A stretch of 63,788 bases of DNA, filler included, from Nemertoderma westbladi (taxonomy: Eukaryota > Animalia > Xenacoelomorpha), in the NCBI GenBank assembly GCA_032718475.1. It is 3 parts of 3 records of this genome, joined end to end, with 100 filler letters (N's around TTAATTAATTAA, not from the genome) between each part and the next. Parts side by side here need not be neighbours in the genome. Positions count along the whole stretch, not along the records: positions 29,669 to 55,417 come from JAUCBJ010002910.1; 2 more parts are not named here. One strand, given 5' to 3'. The notes under the pieces were generated by a model. That model saw only the letters and a program-made list of their open reading frames with translations. It was not told the DNA's origin and made no database searches. Shown here one piece after another: positions 34,801 through 44,900 of this stretch (position 1 is its first letter; the number at the start of each line of letters is the position of its first letter). The position numbers were made by a program, and so were the translations under genes.

Positions 34801-37800
34801 TTCTTCTGTCTCAGACTTCTTGCTATACTTGGTAGCCAGCTCCAGTTCCCTAACTCTGTCTGACCCCATCACCTCTTTCATTCGTCTCACTTGTTCCTTT
34901 ATACGAATGTTTAATTCTTTCATCTGTAAGGAGCGTTTAAAACTACATTATATTTATTTATAAAATGTTTACATTTTATAAAGTTATTATATTTTTTACA
35001 ATATATATTTTTCAAAAAATATATTGTGGTAGCGCCGCATACGCAAGAATCATGTTCTAGATTGTCCCAACCCAATATAGTTTCATAATATTTTTTCGGT
35101 TTCTTTTAATGTGTTCTGAAAAGCAAAGTGAAGGCTGAAGAATAACACCTAAATATTCATACTTATAGCATACGGTGACGTTTTCTCCGTTATAATTAAA
35201 AGTGACAGTAGCTGCGAGTCTACCCCCTTTTCGAAATTTAACAACTTTCGTTTTATCCAGATTTACTTCCACACCATTAGATAGACACCATTCGTGGAGA
35301 ATGTCCAGGCCACTTTGTATTATACAAAGGAATCTAAGGATATTATCCTACACTTTTATCCGAGGAGTAAAAAGCGAGGTCGTCCGCGAAAAATAGAAAC
35401 TTTAGATTTACGATTCCCTATCGAAGTGCTGTGGCGAGGTCTGCAATAAAGAAATTAGGGCAAGTCGGGGAAAACAACCTCCCTGTAGAGTGTACCCCTG
35501 AGTTGGTCAATAAGATTAGATAATCGCAGGCCATCGTATACCTGGATGTAGTTATGGAGTAAGTACGAATAATCTCCCTTTAATCCCAAAGCCATACATA
35601 AAGGGAAATTCTAGCATTTTTATGAATTTCTTAAACTTAACGTACATTTTCATTTCATGGGTTTACCTTATTTTGTGATCCTACGTTTAACTTATGACTA
35701 TTTTTAACATGGTCCAATTACCCCCCGTGGGGACGTAATTAAAAAAAAAAGAAATAAAAATATTCATATGTTTTGTTTTTTCATTTGTTATCGAGACCCA
35801 TTTTCAGCTGATCGAGATAATTGCATACATTAGTCCCGTAATTAATACCGGTAACTCCTCTCTACTAACGTCGTAATCTTGACTCTGAAGTTTCAGCTGC
35901 AAGTCGAATTTATCGCTCGCGCTCTTCTGTATTTTATCATCGAGGTCCTTCGCTTTGTCTCTCAACTGGTCTAACGATAACTGGCCCGTATAGATTTCCT
36001 CGACATTTTCTTTCAGGTAGTTTTCCCTTTCTATACTTAGATCCTGCTTTGATATCGCGGCGTCCTTTCTTGCCTTTTCTATGTGCTCCTGGAATTAAGT
36101 TAAAACATTTCATTCAATATTCTCTATGTATATTTACTACTCAAATTATTATCCGTAGCCTTATAGGCCTACTGTATTATGCCATTTCCCCCCACAACCC
36201 GGTTTACACAGGCCGCCAGCTGGGGAGTAATTCTATACGATTCGAGATAAGGTACCAGAAGAGATAAGGGACCAGAAGAGATACGGGACCAGAAGAGATA
36301 AGGGACCAGAAGAGATAAGGGACCAGAAGAGATAAGGGACCAGAAGAGATAAGGGACCACAAGAGATAAGGGACCAGAAGAGATAAGGTACCAGAAGAGA
36401 TAAGGGACCAGAAGAGATAAGGGACCAGAAGAGATAAGGGACCAGAAGAGATAAGGGACCAGAAGAGATAAGGGACCAGAAGAGATATGGGACCAGAAGA
36501 GATAAGGGACCAGAAGAGATAAGGGACCAGAAGAGATAAGGGACCAGAAGAGATATGGGACCAGAAGAGATATGGGACCAGAAGAGATAAGGGACCAGAA
36601 GAGATAAGGGACCAGAAGAGATAAGGGACCAGAAGAGATAAGGGACCAGAAGAGATAAGGGACCAGAAGAGATAAGGGACCAGAAGAGATAAGGAACCAG
36701 AAGAGATACGGGACCAGAAGAGATACGGGACCAGAAGAGATACGGGACCAGAAGAGATAAGGGACCAGAAGAGATAAGGTACCAGAAGAGATATGGGACC
36801 AGAAGAGATAAGGTACCAGAAGAGATAAGGTACCAGAAGAGATAAGGTACCAGAAGAGATAAGGGACCAGAAGAGATAAGGGACCAGAAGAGATACGGGA
36901 CCAGAAGAGATACGGGACCAGAAGAGATACGGGACCAGAAGAGATAAGGGACCAGAAGAGATAAGGGACCAGAAGAGATAAGGGATCAGAAGAGATAAGG
37001 GACCAGAAGAGATAAGGGACCAGAAGAGATAAGGGACCAGAAGAGATACGGGACCAGAAGAGATACGGGACCAGAAGAGATACGGGACTATTATAGCACA
37101 GGTTTCAGTTACGAGTATTCAGCTGTTATTTGCTTCGATTTCCCCTTGTATTAAGGGTCTGGGCATGGTGCAGTCAGTGCGACCCAGACAGTGGACAGAA
37201 GACCAGTCCGATACTAACCCTCATCATCTTTAGTGTGTCGACTCTGTCTGATTGCAATACTTTATCTTTCTTATTTTGTCTCATTTCCTTCTTCCGTCGT
37301 TCCTCCTCCACTCGCTTATTTTTCTCCTCCAAGTCCCTCTCCCTCCGTTCCTCTTCCATTTGTCGAATCATTTCCTCTCGTTCCTCGCGTTCCCGCCCGC
37401 GATCCGCCTGCGTTAATAAAAAAATAAAGAAATAAAAAATATAATAATGAAGGTTTTTCATAGGCCCACATAATAATTTAATTACAGTTCGAAATAAATT
37501 AATCGTTACGACTACGGACGGACATTTAAAAATCATATTGTAATAAAGTTGTTCAGAGATGGAAAAAATGAGAAAACGCGTCACCGGGGGTTGAACCAGC
37601 GCTATACGTACGTTTCTGCCTATCAGGCCTCATCAGTAGCGCTAACCAGTTCAGCCACTGACATTCACTATCCCACCTAATCCACTTCTATTGAACAGGC
37701 AGTCTTTAATTGCATATCCTATCCCTAACAGCGGACCTAACGGCGTCAAGTATGTTAGAGTGAAACAGGAGAGAAGTACAAATAAATAAATATTCAGCTT

Positions 37801-39236
37801 GAGTATTAATTGCTGCCTGGTGATAATAATTAAACAAATGAATTGTAGTTGAGCAGTTAATGCAACTTTAATGAACGATAATTGTAATAAGTTGTTCAGA
37901 AATGGAAAATCGAAATGGAAATTTCGGCCTATCAAGCCTCTTCAGTAGCGCTAATGGAGATAGGATAGGGGCCTATACAACTTCAGACTGCCTGTTCAAT
38001 AGTAGTGGATTATATAGAAATGCGAGGGTCAGGGGAGAGTGGCGATCCTATTAGCGCTACTGAGGAAGCCTGATAGGCCGAAACGTATGTACGTATAGCG
38101 CTGGATCAACCCCCGTGACGCGCATTCTCATTTTTTCAATTTTTGAACAACTGGTGGCAGAAATATTTTTGTTAAGCCAGCATAGCATCTCTACAGTATG
38201 TGTAGCTGTAATGCCGCAGGCCGATTGTTATAGCTGCAGTAGGCCTACTGGCCTACCTTTCTTCGTTTCAACTCGCGCATTTCCTCTTCGATTTTCTCTC
38301 GTTCTTTTCGCCTTTCTTCTAGATCTTCTTCCAGTTTCGCTCGTTCCATCTCATCCTTTTGTTTTTTCATAAAGCGAAACCGCTCCGCGGCCGACATTGT
38401 TTCTTCCCTGAAAAAGTATATTTTTATTTATTTCCTCTGTTGCCTCTTTCCTGCTAAGAGTATACAGTAGCAGCACAATCTTCTGATATTCTGATCTTCC
38501 ATCTACGCCAGATTACAGGCATAGAGGTACCAGTAATCATTACATAATGGCACTTATTTTTCCAACGCTAAAATTAATCACTTTATCACTAAATTAATCA
38601 CTTTATCACTAAAATTAATCACTTTATCACTAAAATTAATTACTTATCACTAAAATTAATCACTTATAACCAAAATCAATTCATTTTCCACCACATGGGA
38701 AAACCAATTGGGGGAAAGGAGAAGGTTACAGAGGTAGGCTTTTATAACCAAAACAATAAACAGTGTTGATAGCAATTGGCTAATTGGGGTAAAGAAACAG
38801 GATACAGAGGTACAGGTAGGCTTTTATAACCAAAACTATAAACAGTGTTGTTACCAATTGGGGAAAGGAGCAGGTTACAGAGGTAGGCTTTTATAACCAG
38901 CGGAATATGTACCGGTACTTCGAATCCCAATGCCAATAAAAAATATTTAAGAATGATCCATTTTAGTGGATTAATGATTAAATTTAGGGAAAAAACTCAA
39001 TAAAAATAGTGGAAGAATGATTAATTTTAGTGGATAATTGCAGCATAAGTTCACAATGTGCAGTGCTGTACCGGCAGTATCTACCAACACGAAACAGCGA
39101 AAGCGGGGACACAGTGTAGAACAGTCAACCAGATTAGGTTGACTGTTCTACACAGGGACAATAATGAAATGAAAGTATTCTATCAATGTATCGTAGTGCC
39201 GGGTATAATAAATTTAACTTACCCATCATCTCCCAT
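31862..39236 (-). CDS. Troponin T-like protein with C-terminal LIM domain, ~401 aa. Exons 39236-39223, 38407-38257, 37407-37219, 36088-35870, 34923-34726, 34511-34366, 32592-32352, 31909-31862
   Basis: All introns GT-AG with matching phases (2,0,0,0,0,2,0). E/R-rich T1 helix, then QLRDKAKDLDDKIQKSASDKFDLQLKLQSQDYDMKEL...LATKY (invertebrate TnT signature), then CGLC-x17-H..C..C..C...LYCATHY. First and last exons are less certain. Confidence 0.82.
33230..34040. mobile_element. MITE with ~260-bp TIRs in the intron that splits the LIM domain
   Basis: 33230-33487 is the imperfect reverse complement of 33795-34040 (ttccataatgattgcccc ... ggggcaatcattatggaa). Confidence 0.88.
33538..33565 (-). other. 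Histone 3' stem-loop-like motif without a histone ORF
   Basis: Minus strand reads CCAAAAC-GGCCCT-TTTA-AGGGCC-AACA. Confidence 0.65.
35040..35600 (-). mobile_element. Decayed LINE reverse transcriptase fragment in the TnT-like intron 4
   Basis: VNLDKTKVVKFRKG...YEYLGVIL, with stops and frameshifts upstream. Confidence 0.7.
36244..37089. repeat. 17-bp tandem array (~50 copies) in the TnT-like intron 3
   Basis: Unit gagataagggaccagaa. Confidence 0.97.
37598..37643 (-). ncRNA. Minimal type I hammerhead ribozyme (Penelope/retrozyme type)
   Basis: AGCGCUA-CUGAUGA-GGCCU-GAU-AGGCA-GAAAC-GUAC-GUA-UAGCGCU: stem I, conserved core, stem II, short palindromic stem III. Confidence 0.85.
37922..37952 (-). 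ncRNA. Truncated hammerhead copy
   Basis: AGCGCUA-CUGAAGA-GGCUUGAUAGGCC-GAAA; stem III and the 3' strand of stem I are missing. Confidence 0.65.
38053..38102 (+). ncRNA. Minimal type I hammerhead ribozyme, inverted copy
   Basis: AGCGCUA-CUGAGGA-AGCCUGAUAGGCC-GAAAC-GUAUGUAC-GUA-UAGCGCU. Confidence 0.8.
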
Positions 39237-41131
39237 ATTTATTATTTATTCGTGATGATATGTGACAATGTGATACTATTTATTTCGTGTTGATTCAGTG
39301 ATTGTAGGTCTACGACACTGTAATTCAAATTGATTTATAAAATATGGCTAGAAAACAGAAATTGCTTGTCTATATATCCAGAATACAGTAGATACTATTT
39401 TATAAATCTCTTCCAATTAATTGTGAACTAATAATAATTTTACACGTGAAAAATACCGGGACAAAAAAGAATAAATACCCTAACTGTTTCTACTAACAGA
39501 TTGAATAGTCGACTACCTGTAACAATTATGTGATTGGAAATTCCAATATCTACAGTACGGATTTACTGCTGTTCTTATACATAAAACCCCAGCCAGACAA
39601 GAACGTGTATTACCTTTACACTGTGGTTGCCATGGTTTCAATTACCCATTTATTTAACATGTAAAGTCTGGTTGTCAAGCAGCACTAACAACTTTAGCTA
39701 GAAGTTATCAACCCTGTAGGTAGAAATAATACAAAACAATAAACTTAATTTCGTTGAAAATCGATATAATATTATACAGAATGAAAATCCTACACATATT
39801 AAACCATTGTATCCTTATTATAATATCGTTACAGTTATTAGAGGTATTATTTATTAAAAGACCTTTAGATTCATAACTCTTCTCCCTCCAAAATAATGGT
39901 TTTAAGGTCACTTTATTGCTGCTGTAGAATGCGGCTCCCTATTGGTTGATAGCACAGTGGGAGATTTAGACAGTAGAGTTTATGGTTGGATGGTTCCCTA
40001 GCTGTTGCTAATAGGGAGGCAGTCTAGACTGCTATATGCAGTTAAATCTTTCCATACTGTAGGTTGCTCTTTGCAAGTTGTCAGGCAGCTAGTGGTTGTA
40101 TGTTTATTGCTTTTACTTACCTTACCAACAATACTGTTGAAATTGCATTGGTTAATAAACTCTTGGGATTCTTCGGATTCCTGGCAATATCTTTTATATT
40201 TTATCCGTAATATCGGTTTTATTCTACTGCTCTGGTAAACGACATAAATTGTTTCTGTAAAATAAGTTTGGACCAGGTTGCAGGTACGTTGATAAATTAT
40301 TATTTGTTTTGTTGAGGATTTATTATTTCATTTTGTGTTTAAATTTGTAGGGACTTAAGACCTAAATTCGCACAACCAAAATATTGCGAAATATAATATA
40401 CAGACTTTCTGCGTAATCTCTGTCCAAATCGGAAATGGACGAAGAAAAAATCAGCTTTCTAAGTTCCTTTTCATCTGTTCATAGCACGTACAAAATCTAA
40501 TCCACTATCGGTAATTTGGACTTGTGTTGTTGTTCAAAATGTTTGCTTTTGATTTAAATTTTTCAATTTAACTCTTCCGTCTTTACAATAGGTATATAGG
40601 TATATAGGGCTATATATATATAATATATATATATATAATGCACTCACACGAGTATACACTATACTGGTATAGTAGTTAAAGGTATAATATTGAATAGGTG
40701 GAGAATAATATGTACATACTACATACTGATACTAGAGCACGATAATAATAAGTAATTATAAGGATGTAAGATGTACAATTATAAGATGTACACTGGGGGA
40801 GGAGTAGCAGTGCTAGTTGTCTATACGAGTCCATACGAGATGACGGCGGCTGGGGGGGGGGGGGGGGTGTTATGGATCGGGAAGGAATCGGTTGTATCCG
40901 TTTAAAATTTTATTGTGTATTTTAGTTTTATGCTAGTTGGTAGATATCCATCCCTGCCAGAATCAGTCATGGGTTTGTCCGAAGCTGCCGTATCCATGTC
41001 TGCATAATATAATAATTAATTAATGTATTTATTGTAGGGGCTTAATATAATTTCATCAATATTGACTGACTCTGGCTATTCTGTATTCTTTGCTTCCAAG
41101 GATTAATTAAAAAACGTGCAAAATAATTATT

Positions 41132-41211
41132 CCCGGAGTGGTTTTCGAATCTAAGCGGGAAGATCCCATTGGATTTCTAGTCCAACGCATTAACCACTCG
41201 GCCAACACTGC
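41132..41211 (-). pseudogene. tRNA-Ser(AGA)-derived pseudogene or SINE head
   Basis: gcagtgttggccgagtggttaa...ttggact-AGA-aatccaa with a variable arm; T-arm and acceptor 3' strand are degenerate. Confidence 0.7.
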
Positions 41212-41917
41212 TCAAGGAAAAAGCTGAGCAAATTGAAAAATTTATGGGGATAACTGATATTCCGCAATTTCTTACCTACCTACCGGTGCACAGTACCACC
41301 AGTACGGTACCGGTTCTAGGGGATTGTCTTAACTTTTTTTACAATTTCGTAAAAGATAGACTTCATGATTCTCTACAAGCAACCAAAATTTCAGCTCTGG
41401 AAAATATTAGCCGTTCGCAAGAAATTTAAAATTTTCTTAAAACAAATAGTGACGTAGCAGACGTCAGGCTGCATCATTTTTCACCAAACTTTACAAATTT
41501 TATGGTTCCCACCATCGCTGCCAGCTTACTTTCCCAACCCAACGTATATTCCAAATTGCGCCACCGCCACTGGGTGCTGAGTCGTAAAAATACAGTATAC
41601 AGTATTAGTTTGTTTATATAGTCGCAAGGGTTGTTCTATAATCGCTCTCCAGGAATGTACGGAAACAACCGCTGATTAGTGGAATTCGCATCAAGTCCCG
41701 TCTCAGCTAGCTATCTTTATCTATCACTAGAGATCTAACGTAGCACTTTTAGCTTTTACGTATCTCAACGCCAATAAATTTTATGAACAAGTTATTATTC
41801 TTGAGATTTCCTTTCAGGGTCAAGATCCCGGGCTGCAGATTAGAACAGTTAGAACAGCACCTCTGCCAGAGACGAAACGTCCGTTTCTTATAAATATCAG
41901 CTGACAAACAAGACACC

Positions 41918-44900
41918 ATGGCTGGAGGTGCTGAAGCAGTTCGCAAGAAGATGATGGCGCTGAAACAGGAGCGTGACGATGCATACGATGAGAAGGATAA
42001 CGCAGAAGCTGAGAAGAAGCAGGTCGAAGAGAAAGCGACAAAACTGGAAGAAGAGGTTAGTATAGGAAGAGAACCGTCAAAGGAGGTCGAGGCCATATTA
42101 GGAGGGGAGTGGATACAGTAGAAGCAACGTGTTTTCCTAGGGGGGGAATTATCATATAATACATAATTATTTAAACAAGACAATCGTGGGTAATCTTCCA
42201 CAGAAAACACTTTCACTATGTTTCTCATTTATCGCCTATTCAATGAGGAAAGCCTGGGTTGTGCTAGGCTGAAGCACTGTGCCGAAACAGTGCTGCTCCG
42301 CCTAGGGATCGAACCAGGAACTCTTGATTTTGAAGCCAAGGAATGACACCTCTAGACCAAGCGGTTGATTAGTGTAAGATTCGTAATGTTAGATGGGAAA
42401 TGTGATGATCCCATTAATTTATTCTCCCCAATCCCAGGTGACTGAACTCCAGAAGAAAATGAAACTGATTGACGATGAATTAGATAAAGTATCGGAGGAT
42501 CTGAAGAGCACGCAAGATCAACTGGAAGAGGCGAACAAACAAGCGTCTGCATCTGAGGCCGAAGTCGGAGCGCTGACCCGGAAGTTACGACTGCTAGAAG
42601 ACGACTTTGATGCGTTAGTTATACTTCTATAGTTTCTTGACATTGACAAGTATAAACTAATTTACCTAAAGGTTTCCAAGGGAAACACGGCGGTCGCCTG
42701 CAGATAGGGGGGGGGGGGGGGGGGGGGGGAAGAACTGGACGCAATAAAAATTCATCCCTCTCCAGGGGAAATTCGTCGCAAATAACAGCTGATTACTCTC
42801 AAAAATAAAAATGTATCCTGTTCTATTGTGTTTAGTTTATTGTTTTGGTTAAAATAACGTGCCACTGTAACCTGCTCTTTCCTAAATTGAGAATTTAACA
42901 TTGAGGCGGGATATTAATTCGCCAAGGCGGGTTTTGCGTCGAGTTTCCCCCACTGTCTCGTCACCTGATATGCACCGTTTTGGGGATGACAATTAAAATA
43001 TTTATGATCGCCACGCCACAAATGAGCATAAAACACCTCAAAACGATGTTTATTACTGATTTATTTCCCCAAATTTATGCGAATTACTCAAAAAAAAGTA
43101 ATTGTCATTAACGATAACTGACAGGAAACGCCTACAAAATATTTTATTTTTATTTATTTTTATTTTAGCTCATAATTTAATTGAATTTCAGTTTAAAAAA
43201 AAAAATTTTCAAAACCATGTGAGACAATTTGATTCGCAAGCGTTGAATAAATGTTAAATAATTTTTTGGGAAAATAATATTATTTTATTATATGAGGTTA
43301 CAAACACTTTTTGGGGGGGTATTATTGAAATTGGCGCGAAATATTTTTTTCATCACTTTAATTGTTAGCATATATTAATAATATAGTTACTGTATAATAA
43401 TTAAATATTAACTATAGAATTAACTAAATAGATAAATATTTTGAGACATATTATTTATACTTCGGTGCTTTTGTTCGTGAAATATCGAATAGTTTGAGAC
43501 GATCTTATATTTTTCGTATTATTCGGCAGAACGACGGAAAAACTGACGACGACTACATCTAAGTTAGAGGAGGTTGAGGTTCGGGCTGACGAATGTGAAA
43601 GACAACGGAAAGTGTTGGAGAACCGATCGTACGCTGACGAGGATAGAATCGAGGTGCTCGAAGAACAACAGAACGAGGCCCAGTTAATGGCCGAGGAGGT
43701 GAGTGCAGATACGGTTTGGTAGGAACAACAGAACGAGGCCCAGTTAATGGCCGAGGAGGTGAGTGCAGATACGGTTTGGTAGGAACAACAGAACGAGGCT
43801 CAGTTAATGGCCGTGGAGGTGAGTGCAGATACGGCTTGGTAGGAACAACAGAACGAGGCCCAGTTAATGGCCGTGGAGGTGAGTGCAGATACGGTTCGGT
43901 AGGAACAACAGAACGAGGCCCAGTTAATGGCCGAGGAGGTGAGTGCAGATACGGTTCGGTAGGAACAACAGAACGAGGCTCAGTTAATGGCCGTGGAGGT
44001 GAGTGCAGATACGGTTCGGTAGGAACAACAGAACGAGGCCCAGTTAATGGCCGAGGAGGTGAGTGCAGATACGGTTCGGTAGGAACAACAGAACGAGGCT
44101 CAGTTAATGGCCGTGGAGGTGAGCGCAGATACGGCTTGGTAGGAACAACAGAACGAGGCCCAGTTAATGGCCGAGGAGGTGAGTGCAGATACGGTTCGGT
44201 AGGAACAACAGAACGAGGCCCAGTTAATGGCCGTGGAGGTGAGTGCAGATACGGCTTGGTAGGAACAACAGAACGAGGCCCAGTTAATGGCCGTGGAGGT
44301 GAGTGCAGATACGGTTCGGTAGGAACAACAGAACGAGGCCCAGTTAATGGCCGAGGAGGTGAGTGCAGATACGGTTCGGTAGAAACAACAGAACGAGGCT
44401 CAGTTAATGGCCGTGGAGGTGAGTGCAGATACGGCTTGGTAGGAACAACAGAACGAGGCCCAGTTAATGGCCGTGGAGGTGAGTGCAGATACGGTTCGGT
44501 AGGAACAACAGAACGAGGCCCAGTTAATGGCCGAGGAGGTGAGTGCAGATACGGTTCGGTAGGAACAACAGAACGAGGCCCAGTTACGAGGCCCAGTTAA
44601 TGGCCGTGGAGGTGAGTGCAGATACGGTTCGGTAGGAACAACAGAACGAGGCTCAGTTAATGGCCGTGGAGGTGAGTGCAGATACGGCTTGGTAGGAACA
44701 ACAGAACGAGGCCCAGTTAATGGCCGTGGAGGTGAGTGCAGATACGGTTCGGTAGGAACAACAGAACGAGGCCCAGTTAATGGCCGAGGAGGTGAGTGCA
44801 GATACGGTTCGGTAGGAACAACAGAACGAGGCTCAGTTAATGGCCGTGGAGGTGAGCGCAGATACGGCTTGGTAGGAACAACAGAACGAGGCCCAGTTAA

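Noticed and set aside
41132-41211. Functional tRNA-Ser gene (also tRNA-like heads near 30430, 60500 and 61170)
   Set aside because: Acceptor stems and T-arms do not pair; these fit SINE heads or pseudogenes.
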